This document shows, in pieces, positions 12,802 through 26,250 of a stretch of DNA of 64,000 bases. Under the pieces are notes generated by a model. The model saw only the letters and a list, made by a program, of their open reading frames with translations. It did no database searches and was not told the origin of the DNA. The stretch spans positions 14,448,001 to 14,512,000 of the forward strand of contig CM052818.1 in the NCBI GenBank assembly GCA_028534125.1, in the 5' to 3' direction. Position 1 is the first letter of the stretch; each line of letters opens with the position of its first letter. Made by a program: the position numbers and the translations under genes. The DNA is from Lama glama. Taxonomy: Eukaryota.

Positions 12802-14901
12802 GTTCAAAACATGTGCGGAGGCCACACGCGCTTTTTTTTTTTTTTTTTTTTGGAGTTACGTTACTAGGACACGGCCCACGTGCCAGGTCAGTAGAGGGTG
12901 AACTTGGGGCCCTCTCAGCTGAGGGGTACTTAACTGTTCTCTCGGCACAACAGGATTCACAAAGCTGTCTAGGCGGTCAGGAGGGGCGACGCATGGTGAG
13001 CACCTCGGGCTGGAACGCAAGGTCACCTCTCTTCTTGCGAGAGCCAGGAGGCCGCGCCCAGACCGCCCACCCCTCCAGGTGCACAAGCTTCAGGTCCTCT
13101 ATTCCTGCTCTGATGGGCATTTTTACTCTTCACCTCTCCTCCCTCAACCTTCCCTGGAAGGAAGAAGACGAAACATGAAGTCCAAAGTGGACTGGGGGTA
13201 ACTTCTCATGTCTTCAAAAGATGGACAAGGCTTGTTTGTAACTGAACAGACACCGCATCCTTAATTAACTTATACGGCAGAAGGCTAACATTAATACAGA
13301 CTAACTAGGAGAGAATTAAAGGGCAAAAACCATAGTAGGTCCACTAAAAGTGAGGCTTTACGAAGGCACGTCAATTGAGGTATTTGAAGGTGTGTGTCTG
13401 TGTGGTATAATTTTCTCTGAGCAACAACTAAAGCAGCAGTAGATAATATATTCTAAACCAGACGATTATGTGGTACACAAATTCACTGGTGAAGATAAAA
13501 TCCTTTACTTCATTTTCAAGGGCTTAATGGTAGGTTTATACTATAGGAAATCTTGAGATTAACTGGAGGTGGTGAGACAAGTTTACTATGTCTCTTTTTT
13601 TCATGCAGAAAGGGCAGCCATTCTGTCCTGTGGACTACATGTAGTTGGTATAAGCCAGTAAATTAAAAATCAAATGGTGTGCGCCCTTAGCCTTTGCTTA
13701 TGATTTTTTGATCTTCTCCAGTTTTCCGGAATTCTTAAGGTCAACAGTGCAGGGAGGAAAACAGAACTCTTTCTCACACACTAGAGTGCCATTACCATCA
13801 GACATTCAGGACAGAAGAGGATACTTACTACAGTGTTTTCAGAAAGGCTGATGCTGCCAACAAGATGACCGCACCAACTCCAGCCACTTGGGACAGTTCC
13901 TGATAGCTCTTCTCTACAATGAGGATGTCCAAATTAACTGTAATTCGTTGAGTTCAAAAAGCTAAGATCCAAGGGACTCTTTTTTAAACCAGAAAGACCC
14001 ACAAACAAGAAGGAAGGAGCAAAGACCCCAAGGTAACCCCAAAGCTGTCTGCTTTCCATGGATGGTGAAGCATTTACTAAAATAATCATTTCTGAATGAA
14101 CTATGGAAGCCCCCATGTAAGAAAACCTAAGATATCATGGAAGTTCTCCAAGTAAGGGTATGTGTGTAAATGTTATCTGCAAAGGACTGGCATTTTGGAC
14201 AAAAAGCCACAGTGATGGCCAGTTATCACATGGATGTATACAGTGAAGACAAGGTTCCACTTAATGAGAAGAGAAATTATATTTAAAAACAATTGAAACA
14301 AACGAATTTTAAAACTGGCTTCTGTCCTAGAGAGCATTATGAATCAGTCACCTAAACCCCTATTGGCCTATAACCATGATGCACTGCAGAAACTATCAGG
14401 GTTGAAATGACAGAATAATAAATTAAGTAAGACTGTCTCAACTTCAATGCCAAACTCCAAAATTAAATAAGCCCAAGCTTTCGTGTGTGTTTGGGGGGAA
14501 GGTGTCCAAATTCACTTGGATTTCAGAAATAACGATGATTGTGCCAAGATTAAAAAACAAAACTCATAATGTTATAAAGATAAGCTCCTCTCTGGGCTGA
14601 ACTAAATAATTTTAGAGTTTAGCATTGTTTTCTAACTTATATCCCAGGGCATCAAACCAAAATTTCACTTCTAATTGCATATTCTTGATCCAAGAAGTAA
14701 TTACTGAATGATAAATTCTGTCCCAATTCTCGATTATGTATTTAACTCAGCCAATTCTTCATTGGAAATTTATTCCATGCAGAACAGCAAATGTTACACA
14801 CACCAGTATCTGACATTCAGCCATACAGGTCTACTATCATTTTTTTTTTTCCGTCTTGGGTTAATCTATCAACCAATGAGCAACCATTTATGGAGTAAGT
14901 G

Positions 14902-15401
14902 NNNNNNNNNNNNNNNNNNNNNNNNNNNNNNNNNNNNNNNNNNNNNNNNNNNNNNNNNNNNNNNNNNNNNNNNNNNNNNNNNNNNNNNNNNNNNNNNNNN
15001 NNNNNNNNNNNNNNNNNNNNNNNNNNNNNNNNNNNNNNNNNNNNNNNNNNNNNNNNNNNNNNNNNNNNNNNNNNNNNNNNNNNNNNNNNNNNNNNNNNNN
15101 NNNNNNNNNNNNNNNNNNNNNNNNNNNNNNNNNNNNNNNNNNNNNNNNNNNNNNNNNNNNNNNNNNNNNNNNNNNNNNNNNNNNNNNNNNNNNNNNNNNN
15201 NNNNNNNNNNNNNNNNNNNNNNNNNNNNNNNNNNNNNNNNNNNNNNNNNNNNNNNNNNNNNNNNNNNNNNNNNNNNNNNNNNNNNNNNNNNNNNNNNNNN
15301 NNNNNNNNNNNNNNNNNNNNNNNNNNNNNNNNNNNNNNNNNNNNNNNNNNNNNNNNNNNNNNNNNNNNNNNNNNNNNNNNNNNNNNNNNNNNNNNNNNNN
15401 N
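14902..15401. other. Assembly gap (500 N)
   Basis: Run of exactly 500 N; the round size suggests a placeholder gap. Confidence 0.99.
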
Positions 15402-16311
15402 TCCCCCCCCCCCAATCAGTACCTGTTTTCCATTCATAGGAACCCTAATCAAGGCTTTCAGCACAGGTTTACAGAAGACAATGTACAAGGTGTGATCTGG
15501 ATCACACCGAACCTTCTTAGCTTAAAACTAGTTATCTCCCTTAATTTAATTTTTTTCAAGTGAAAAAAGTAACAAAAGGGGGCATAAACAGGGCGATCGG
15601 TTTTTCTATTGTTCTATTTGTTTTGGAAACTTAAACCTGTTGCACAGTGTTGCTTAACTTAAATGCAAGTCTCTTCCCACAGAACAGAACGCAGACCTTT
15701 ATAATGTCCCAAAATACACACCCACCTGCAGGTCCCACCCCCCCCTTCCCTCCCATCCCTATGAGCAAGGTGGTAACTCTCACTCCACAAAATCGGGGGT
15801 TTACAATAGGTGTGGGCAGCTGGCTGCTGTAGCTCTGCCTGTCCGGAGGGGAATGGGGGACAGAAACCAACCCTGTCACAGGAGATGTATTAAGATTAGG
15901 TACCTAGACACTGCCTGGGAAGACCACTACTACAGCCAATTTGTTCTCAGGGACACTTTATTGCTTAATAAAGACCTTGGCTGTTTCTCTGCAACAGCCT
16001 CTATAAAGATAATCATCTTGGAACTGGGTGGGGAGGGCTGGAGGCCCAGAGATGTTCCGCTGGGGTGGCAGATAGAAGTTCCACTTCCAGGACCAGGTGG
16101 AAGGAGGTGAAAACGAACTGTTCCCTGAACTTGAAAACCAAACCTTGTCACTTACTGAGGACCTGGGGAAACAGGCACACTAGTATGTAGTTGGTGTGAG
16201 GGTAAGTGAGCAGTATCAGACCTTTTAAAATGCACGTTCCTCCATCTATCAATCACACCTGTAGATATTTACTTTCTAGAAATGACTCTCACAGCACATA
16301 AAGAAGTACAC

Positions 16312-16503
16312 TGTAGAACAGATAAACAAGATTACACTGTATAGCACAGGGAAATATACACAAAATGTTATGATAAATCACAGAGAAAAAAATGTGACAA
16401 TGAGTGTGTATATGTCCATGTATGACTGAAAAATTGTACTGAACACTGGAATTTGACACAACACTGTAAAATGATTATGAATCAATAAAAATGTAAAAAA
16501 AAA
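16312..16503 (+). mobile_element. Young 5'-truncated L1 3' end with poly(A) and 12-bp TSD
   Basis: tagaacagataaacaagattacactgtatagcacagggaaatatac...aataaaaatgt(A)n. TSD aaagaagtacac at 16300-16311 and 16504-16515. Tail resembles cetartiodactyl (camelid-type) L1. Confidence 0.88.
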
Positions 16504-16513
16504 AAAGAAGTAC

Positions 16514-16619
16514 ACGATGTGAAATGCAAATGAAAATAAACAGTTTCAAAAATAACTGTAAAAAAACGATGTGAAATGCAAATGAAAATAAACAGTTTCA
16601 AAAATAACTGTAAAAAAAC
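16514..16619. repeat. Perfect tandem duplication, period 52 bp
   Basis: acgatgtgaaatgcaaatgaaaataaacagtttcaaaaataactgtaaaaaa occurs twice head to tail. Confidence 0.95.
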
Positions 16620-17849
16620 AGATAGCAGAAACAACATAAGACCAGAAACAAATGAATCAACAGGCTGATTGATTAAAATATGGTGTATTCATATGTAAGA
16701 ACAGTACGTACACATTAAAAAGAGTAAGGGAAATCTGCAGGCTTAGCAAGGTGGCCATGAATGAAGCTGTTACTTACAGAACAGTATATATTTAGCATGA
16801 TCCTATGAATATTTACTTATTTAAATATCAATAATTACATTAAAAGGTACAGGATACTTTCCAAACTATTAACTTTGATTATCTCAAGGGAGTAGAACCA
16901 GATGCAGAAGTCATTTCTGCAGCATTTGCTGTTGTTTTTCAATGAGCAGATACCAGTTTTAAAATTATGTAAAGGGCATTTCCATTTGATGGGAAAGCAC
17001 TCAATTCATTTTTATTTATAAATCTTTGTAAGGCTCACCAGGGGGTCTGAGATTGATAAGCACGAGTGAAAAGGGCACTCCCTGGAGGAAAACAAATTCT
17101 CGCAGGGCACCACAAAAGGGCATTCGTAAAATGCTGTCTTCAATGAGTACTTTGAAATAAGTAAAATGCCACCTTGAATGTTCATGTCCTTCTTCTGGAG
17201 AATACTAAATCAGTATTGAACTCTATACAACACTTACAAGCAGAATAAGGGAAACAAATATTAATACTTCCTTTTAGTACACCGGCAACCAAGGATATTA
17301 ATACAAAAATAAGTGACATTCACTGAAGAAGCACGCAAGTCTACAGGATGCTAGGCAAGGGGTTTTCAAACCAGGTTCCCGGAGGTCGGGCTCCAAGTAC
17401 CACGTTTTCATCTGCACTTTGGTCAGAAATGCTCCACTGTATACCCTTTGTTTACTGGGGGTTCTGCCTCAGACTTAATCTACAGGAAAAACAAATTTCA
17501 CTTTTCAAAAGTGGTTGTAATTTGCTGTACTAAGCAATGGGAAATACAGAGAGATGCTGGAGCAGTTTACAGTTTAATGACACACCAGTCAGTCTCAACG
17601 GCAGGTAATTATACTGCACGGTAATGAGGAACAGCACGGAAGGATGGAACGACCAGTGGTGAGTCAAGGGGTCAAAGCTTCACAGTTGAGATGAGTCCAG
17701 AAAACGTCCCCCATCAGCAGCAGGGAGAAGATAAGAGCTGCCTGGGGCTGGTCCACCAGTACCTCAGCTACAGAGTGGGATGTTCCACAGACATGATCCT
17801 AAAATATGGGGACGTCCACTGTCATCTCCCGTACCCACCCCCATCCTTG

Positions 17850-18060
17850 CTTTACGGAGCACTTACTGTAAGGGCCACACACCCTTCTAAGCACTTCACC
17901 CACAGTTAATTCTCATAACCACACTGTGAAGCAGGTACTCATACCATCAAACACTGTGCCTCAGAGTAAACTCAGAGAGTAAGGCTCGGAGAGGCTCAGT
18001 GACTTGCCCACAGTCACAAAGCAAGCACAGTCCCAGGAGTTTGACCCAAGCTCTGACAAC
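17850..18060 (-). mobile_element. MIR
   Basis: gagcacttactgt...ctaagcacttca...ttaattctcataacc...aggctcggagaggctcagtgacttgcccacagtcaca...tttgacccaag. Confidence 0.75.
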
Positions 18061-19673
18061 ACAGCCCCCATTGCTCCAGAAACAGAATTCTGCACCAGCA
18101 CAGACCTTACACTGCAACTGTGATGAAACGGGGTTCAAGCCTGAACACTGGATTTGCTTTTCCCCCACCTACAGGGAGCACACGGAAGTAAGTCTCTTAA
18201 GTTACCCTGCAGCTTAATTCCTAACAATTCCAAAAGTGAGAGTTTTACTTGTAATTCAATGATGGCAGAAGCCCTCATCAGAAAAAATCCTCCGTATTTT
18301 CCACTGTTCTTTCAATTCCATCAGGGTCTCTCTTCAGTTCTCATCAAGGGAGGTGTCCCTCTCCCCTGCCTCACATATGGGACAAGTGGAATCCACCTTG
18401 CTCTCAGTCACCACCAATCCAAACCCAAGATCAGCACTTTCCGTCTCACACATCACTTTCAGCCACAGCACAGAAACGTCCAATACTCTCGCCCATCCCA
18501 ACCACCCTTTAACTTATTTTTCAGACTGTGGAACCAACAAGCCAAGAAAATTAGCTTTGCAATTGTTTTGCTATAACAGATGAGATCATTTAAGATTGTA
18601 AGTTTTTAAAAAAGCGTCAATATCAACTGAAGGCTTTGAACAAGCCTAGGTTACACACAGCCAGACTTCCAGGTGTGTTTTCTTTTAACTTTGTTTCCAG
18701 AGCCACCCTATTGTTGGCCCTGATAATTACAGGCACCCATGTACCAAACCACAGAGCAGCACCTCTGCAGCCTGGGGAGAGTGAAGTGCCTGTTACCTGG
18801 CATGGGGAAAGGTCCCCATTCAGATCTGAAAGCAAGTGGAGCAATTAATTAATAAAAAGTATAGCTCACAGTAATTAGCTGCAGCAACAAAAATGTTTAG
18901 CTGAGTTTCCCCTTTTCATCTTGAGGCAATTCCAACAGACAGATGCTCAGGATTAATGAAGTTTAGTAAGACCTGCAACAGCTGGCTAATTAGTTGGTGA
19001 AGAGGAAGCAGTAATGACAAGAGAAAAAGGGTTTTATTCTTGTTATGAGCTCCGGCCTTCGGACAGTTTTCTTAAACTGTGGGGCTAATATCCCACCCCT
19101 GGAAAATTCCTGAAAAGCCTCAAAGTAGTCCCAGGGCAAATAAAATGTAAACAAACAAACAAACAAAGGCAAAGAAAGCAAAGCATGAATGCTGGCTTCC
19201 CCAGGGTTGATTCAGCAACTGGAAAAGAGTAACTGCAGGAGCCCAGAGGCCACCGCAGCTCAGCACCAGCCAGGATGCCCTGAGAGCAACACCAAATTCT
19301 GTCAGCATCAAAGGACGACCACGTGCTGGGCAAGCTGGATAGTTACCATCTTGTGTCTCACTAAAGATCTCATTGAGAACTCTCAATTCAGAGAATCCCT
19401 TCCTCCCCAATGCTAAGAATAGTTAAAAAGTTATGAATTATGAAGAACCATTTAATGACAACAGACTACGCCTCTGCTCTCCATCCTGCATTAATCATTA
19501 AATTGGTTATGTGTGCATCTCATCCTGGTAACCTGGTCTGCTACTTCTGGAACTGCATGGTAGGAACCCAGGTCCTTTCAGAATTAACTAGTTACTGGCA
19601 GTAACATTCTCATTCTGTCAAGAAACAATGAGGGAGGCAAGATTTTTTTTGTTAAGCAGCTGATGGCAATACT

Positions 19674-20216
19674 TTTTTTTTAAATTTAAGTATAGTTGGT
19701 TCACAATATTATGTTAAAGGTGTACAGCAAAGTGATTCAGTTATTCATATATACACAACTATATATATTCTTTTTCAGATTCTTTTCCATTATAGGTTAT
19801 TACGAGATACTGAATATAGTTCTCTGTGCTATACAGTAAATCCCTTGTTGTTTATTTTGTATATAATGGTGTGTATCTGTTAATCCCCAATTTACCCCTC
19901 CCTCCCCCTTTCCCCTTTGGTAACCATAAGTTTTTTTCTATGTCTGTGAGTCTGTTTCTGTTTCGTATACAGATTCATTTGTATTATTTCTTAGATTCCA
20001 CATATAAGTGATATATAATCGGTATGTCTTTCTCTGTCTGACTGACTTCATTTAGTATGGTAATCTCCAGGTTCATCCATGTTGCTACAAAAGGGAGTAT
20101 TTCGCTCTTTTTTTATGGCTGAGTAATATTGCATTGTATATGTATACCACATCTTTATCCAGTCATCTACTGATGGGCACTTAGATTGCTTCCACGTCTT
20201 GACTACTATAAATACT
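19674..20216 (-). mobile_element. L1 3' fragment (cetartiodactyl-type) with 13-bp TSD
   Basis: poly(T), then ttcagattcttttccattataggttattacgagatactgaatatagttctctgtgctatacagta...ttagattccacatataagtga...ttcatccatgttgct. TSD tgatggcaatact at 19661-19673 and 20217-20229. Confidence 0.9.
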
Positions 20217-22951
20217 TGATGGCAATACTATTGATTCTCCCAACTGACAAGGCCTGTACTTCAAAGTGCTTTCCCAATAATGTGAATGTATCTGTCCTTT
20301 ATGTATTCAAGAAACAGGCTATGAAGAGTCAGTGTGGGCACTGAAAATGAAAAGTACCCAGCCAAACTGGGCCAGAAACCTTTAAATGTTGCTGGTTTCC
20401 TAAAAGTTTCAGGTGATTTTTTTTTTTAGCTCCACGTATAGTTCTAGCTTTAACCTCTGCCACTCAGCAAACCAGCAAGAAGCAAACTCTACCCGTTATG
20501 TAACAATAAAGTCACCCCAGAGTAACCTTCACACACTCTGGGTTTTACTTCAAAGAAAAACTGCCTTGCAGCCATCACTGCCTTGAAGAGAATATTCTAG
20601 GGTTCCATTTGAAAGCCTAAATTCTTTCAGCATTAGCTTCCTTCCCTGCAGGGGCCAGAGGCTGTTAGAACTAGCCTGGAAACCACTTTCATATATGGAT
20701 TTAATGTAAATGAAAATATTCCCCTGTTAATTATTTACAGAAGGAAGGTCATACAGGCTTGTCCCAGCAACACCAGAGAGCTGTTCTTGTCAGCAGCTCT
20801 TACTCTGGGAAAGGGGAAATAAAACACTCATTCAAGTCCAGCATAGATTTGTGTTTATAACCTGTTTCCAAAGTAAAGACAGTTAAAAGTGCTCTAGGCT
20901 ATTCACCTTTACTGGTTTAGGATCTCTGTCACATGTACTTTCCCGAAAGACCTGACAAACAATACAGTCACTTTAGTCTTCATGCATTGGCCAGAACTGG
21001 TTCCGACATTTCTCATCAATCCTCTGAGACTGGCATTGTCTCTAAACCCAAAGGTCAACAATCAGGAGCTATGGGGCCTCACAAAGGTGCTTTTCTTTAC
21101 AGGAAGACATCTTCCCAATTCAAAAGCGAGACCGCTCGGCAACGCTCAGCGACCCTAATGTGCCCCAGCTAGGTAAGGACCTGGTCTGTCCAGAGTGCTG
21201 GCATTAACAGAACAGTAGTTTCTGGCCAACTGTGCTGTTCCTACTGTAACGGGATGAAGCGACCCTCACTGGGTGCTACAGTCCCTACATGCTGAATGTG
21301 AAAGATGGGTAGTTAGGTGTTTTCAGAAACATCTGGTGTGTGATATTCTATGGTTTACTCGTATACTATAGAATATCGAAGACACACCTGGCTGTCAGCT
21401 GTAGAATCAATCTCAAAAAATGGTAACTGATAATAATCCTGTTTTCTGTCTCTTTGGGTGACACTCTTAAAGCTGTGGCGTACCACATGTTGAATGGAAA
21501 CTAATGCAATTCATCCTGGTTGCATGCTTGCCATAGCTCCTTCTACACTGTATCTCAAAGGTAAACGAGATCACTTAAACTGTAACAATCCATACAATAA
21601 GCTTTACTCTCCAGAGATCAAAATGGAAGTTTACAACATACATACTCACCACATAGGAGGGTTTTCCTACAGCACCCTCAAAGGAAAATTTCTTGGGGCA
21701 AAAAAGAACTGTAGCAGGGACATGGCACCTTTCAGTCTAACAATGTCAGACCTCCCCAAGAAAGGCATTCACATGTTTCTGGACAGAGGCGCCAAGGAAG
21801 AGAACAACCCTAGTGTTCACCAACCGAACGATCCCATGATGAATCTTGTGATTCCAGATGCTCAGCAGCAGGATGACCATCACACACACACACACAAATG
21901 ACAGTCAGGAGACATTCGCCTAGGCTAAATTAAATCATTTCTTAAACTAGGTGGGGTATAAACAAACATATATTTCTTGCTTCTTTTATGCCAAATTTAC
22001 AACACAATGGATGGCAAACAAAACCAAGCTTGTGGTTTTAGGGTACAACAAATAAGGATGAACTGGTGCCCCTCTTAAAGACTGGTTTTACAGCTGCTAC
22101 AGGGAAACTCAAAAGGTGGCCGGGGGAGAACAGCAGCTGGAAGTCTTCACTTACGCTCGGCAGCGGCCGGACCAGAAATAGGGATTATCTACTTTATTCA
22201 CACGTTGGAAAACCACAGAACAAAAAGACAACTCGGCCTAAATAACACCAACAAATGCTCCAGCAGCTGAAAATGTTTAAAGTCCAGAAAAATGAGCAAA
22301 CTCCAAGCATCTGAACTTACATCGTGGGTTTTGGCTCAGCTCCATGCTCCTAGGTGATGCCGTCATCGCTGAAAATCGCTCCAGGTTTACCTTCTGTAGA
22401 GCCGGTACCTTAGGAGCCAACATCAGGCTCCACATTTCTACTTCAGGACTGGGACCCCTCACTCCACACTCTCAAAGTTCCTTCACAAATAACTTTGTAT
22501 GCTGGCAAAAGGCCAGGCAAATAACAACAAACACACCACCACCAAAACCAAAGCATCTAAACGACAAAATCTCAGTAGTGGTAGAATAGAATGGTGGGTT
22601 CATGATGCAGTGACAAATAACTTGTACCACCAGGGGAAAAAAAAAATCGAAGAGTCAGCTCAGTACCTCCTATTCTGCCAGAATCACCAAAGTGCCATCA
22701 AAGAAAAGGAAACAAAGTCTTCCAAGATCAAGCAACACTTGAATTTTACATTGCATTTATCGTGCTGCCTCTCACTGTCGCTGCCAGTTAGGAGCAAAAG
22801 TCAGCAAATCCCTCACAGTTGGAAAGGGGCCAGGAATTTCCACCTCTCAGCAACTGCTTTCACCAAAGCAAGGTTTCCCAGGTGCTAATGAAATGCTAAT
22901 CTGGGACCTACAAGAGCACGGGCCTTGAGCACTATGGGGGAAATGCTCTGG

Positions 22952-23208
22952 AGAGGCAGTCCGACAACGTGGTCACAGACTCGGAGTCCAGGCGCAGCCT
23001 GCCGGGGCTGGACCCAGACTCTACCACCTACAAGCTAAGCGTCCCTGGACAAAGCGCCCCTTGTACCTCAGTTTCCTCATCTTTGAAATGGAGATAATTC
23101 TTACCTCACAGGGATGCTGTGAGGAGCACAGGAATCAATACATGCAAAGTACTTAGAACAGCACTGTCCCAGGATTAAGTTACAAGACGTTTTAGCTCTA
23201 TTACTATT
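22952..23208 (+). mobile_element. MIR
   Basis: Core cctcagtttcctcatctttgaaatggagataat...acctcacagggatgctgtgagga...atgcaaagtacttagaacag. Confidence 0.85.
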
Positions 23209-26006
23209 ACCACCACCACTACCTCAGGGCTAGAGTTTAGGTGGGAACCTACTTTCCTTCTCTCTTTGCATGAGGATCTATTTTTCTTTTGCTTTCACTC
23301 TCCTTGTTAGCCTGTTAGTTCCACCACAGGACTAAGTCTGTGAGCCTAGAGAACAGAGAAGCCAGAAATGCTTGCGGTATTTTTTTTTAGCAGTGGGCAT
23401 CTACCCAGCAGTCTCGGAGGAGCCTTTGGTGAAATGAAAGTTACTGTGGGATGGCCAGTAGTACCCTCCATGCACCCATTTGCAGAGGCCCTTAAATGTG
23501 CATCAGATGATGATCTAACAACCCTTCCTAACAGGTGAGTTGCTTGTGCAAGGTCATTTCACCGACATCAGCTCCTAAGCACCTGATTCCCTATACCTGT
23601 GCCAATATTAGCTGAATGCTGGCTAACAAAAAGGGTTAGCAAAACCCCTGACTAATAATCATGAGCATTAATAATTGAAATGGAAGGTAAACATATACAT
23701 CATATCCTAGGCAGAGGCCTAGCCAGTCCCCCAACATGCCTCAGGGTCTGTAGTTCCCTCTGGTCATACCCTATCCACACCCCCAAACACCCATGATCTC
23801 ATTACCTAATCCTAGTCACATTCAAAGTTGCAGCTCAAATGTCAACTCCTCCAAAAAGCCTCTCTCACACCCCACAACCCAGGGGTGTTACTTGTTTGTC
23901 TTAGGACACCTGCCACACTCTACCTAGTACTCTCTTCTAGAGTGTAATTTGAGACCCTGGCTGTCTCTTACCCCTGTTTTTGCAGTGTGCTCAACAGCAC
24001 TGTAACTTGCTGAACTGTCAACTGAACAGGTGAGATGGATTTGGTGGCTCCTTTAAAGATCGTAGAGCTACAAAGGCGTTCTAAAAACTCATCCTGCCTT
24101 CACCCACAGCACTGATTCTTCATTAATTAGGAGCCAGAGGTTACTCTATTCCAACAGTCAGTAGGAACTGGGGAATCGACCAGAACACCTTATAAGTGAC
24201 TGACTTCCAGATTTTGACAGCTGAGCTCTGAATACAATTTCTGGGTATCAATATTTCTATCACCAAAGTAAAGAAACTGGAGCCAACAGCAATTTTCCTG
24301 GGCCTAAGTACACTCTCATCAGTGTTCCAGCTTTAAGTCATTCCTTGAGCCAAGGGAGCAGCAGAAAGAACAGACTGACCTGGGTGATGATGGGGATTAA
24401 TGCAGACCATCACCATCACCCACCCTTCCCTCTAACTCTGCTGCCATAACCTACACTGAACCAGGTTTTGGAACCTGCCCTGAGCACCAACCCAAGCATG
24501 TTTCTTCTGTGCTGCAGGTTAATTCCTGTCTCACCCAGGAGAAAGGAAGAAAGACCAGGTTTCCATGACTGCCTAAGCAGAGGCATGTCGGGACCAGCTC
24601 TCCAAATGTAGGTAAGCACATTTTCCCTCTTTTGGTTCAGAGGTTTGTGGGCAGGTTCAAATGAGTCCTTGGTACCTTGAAGCCGAGCAGTCTGCTTGCT
24701 GCTGAGTCCCCACCACATCACTTCATCACAAGAGATGCTTGGCTGCAAGCAGCTCATCTCCAACAACTCAGAATCAGAGCCCTCACAGTATTAGCAGTGG
24801 GTCTATATCCATGTCCATGCCCTGAAGCTCAGTATCACCTGAATTTAGGCTGTTACATGGCTCAACATCCCCCCAAACAGCCCAAGTGCATTCACCAGAC
24901 ACTGCATCGACACGTGGGTGACTGTCAGTTCTGCCCTTCAAGGTATGCAGATGTGTTACCTGTCCCTGCAATGCCACGCCCCTTGCAATATCAATGGTAA
25001 GCAAATTAGCAGCTTGTGTTGTTTTTAATGCAAGGATTTACTCATCAATTGCAACAGTCTTCATTAGAAATTGACATGTGAGAAACCTACTGGTAAGCCT
25101 TCCATTTTCAAGCTGTGCGTTTCATTCAATGTTAGGTTAAGTGGTACACCTATGAATTTGGCCAGATGCAAGTAAGAATGATTAAATACACGTTTTAAAC
25201 AAAATTTGAAACAAAAATTAAAATCAATAAAATTCAGCCATGTGCTGCCAGACACATACACTATGCCCTGCTCTCTGCCTCCACCTATTTAGAAAAAGCA
25301 TGTGCTTGAAGTTCAAAGGAATGCTGAAAACGGCCCCCTCTTGCTGCAGAATTTCATGAAGTCACCCAGTTTGTCACTTGCTGGGTAAGAACCTGGCCAC
25401 CTCATTGCGCCTTTCTGATCCTCAGGCTCCTGAGTCCACAGAGCAGGTACAATGCCACTTACCTCACAGAACTGCTGGATGGAAAAATTGTATGTAGTTG
25501 AAGGCACCTGGTTTATACCTAGTTCAGGCTGATAAGCCCACAAAAACTTCTTTTAAAAAAGTCACGTTCAGAGCAAGAGAGAGCAGCTTGTGGTTTAACT
25601 TTTACATCACAGGAACCACTAGATTCATGAGCGATGTGGTTGTAAGGGTGTGACCTCCAATTCCAAGCCAGACAGACCACACGGCTCTGGCCCACGCAGC
25701 ACCCCAGCTTGGCGCGGGGTGACACGAGTGTGACCCATCCTGAGCACAGGTGGGCAGCACAGTAGATCATCAGCAACCCTGGGGGCCACACCCCGGGGGA
25801 GAAAAGCTGACCTCCAGCGGCAGGAGGAAGGAAACCACATCATAAATCTCACACCTAGAGGGGAGGATGGTTTCTGAGGAGGCAGCGCTGAGGGAGATGC
25901 TTCAAAGCAGACTCAAGAAAATGTGTAGGCTGTTACAAGACCTGGTCCAACCGCTCCCTCCGCGCCCAGCCACACCTGGGTCCTCCTGTGAAGACAGCTA
26001 CCTCCG

Positions 26007-26250
26007 AGAGGCAGTGCAGTGTGGGGCTCTGGGAACGTACAGCCGGGTGTCCCTGCCCGGCCCATCACTTACTGGCTGGCTGGCTCTGAGCAAGTTGCTT
26101 CACTTCTCCAAGCCTTGGTTTCCTCATCTGCAAACAGAGATAACATCTGTGCCCATCTCTAGCGTTCTGGGCGTGCAGTGAAGTAATGCACATAATAAAT
26201 GGCACAGAGTCTTATTATTGAATAAGAATTTAATAAAATGCTGGCTGTTG
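26007..26250 (+). mobile_element. MIR
   Basis: gcaagttgcttcacttctccaagccttggtttcctcatctgcaaacagagataac core. Confidence 0.8.

Noticed and set aside
14708..15495. Long ORFs of 175-243 aa
   Set aside because: Artefacts of translating through the 500-N gap.
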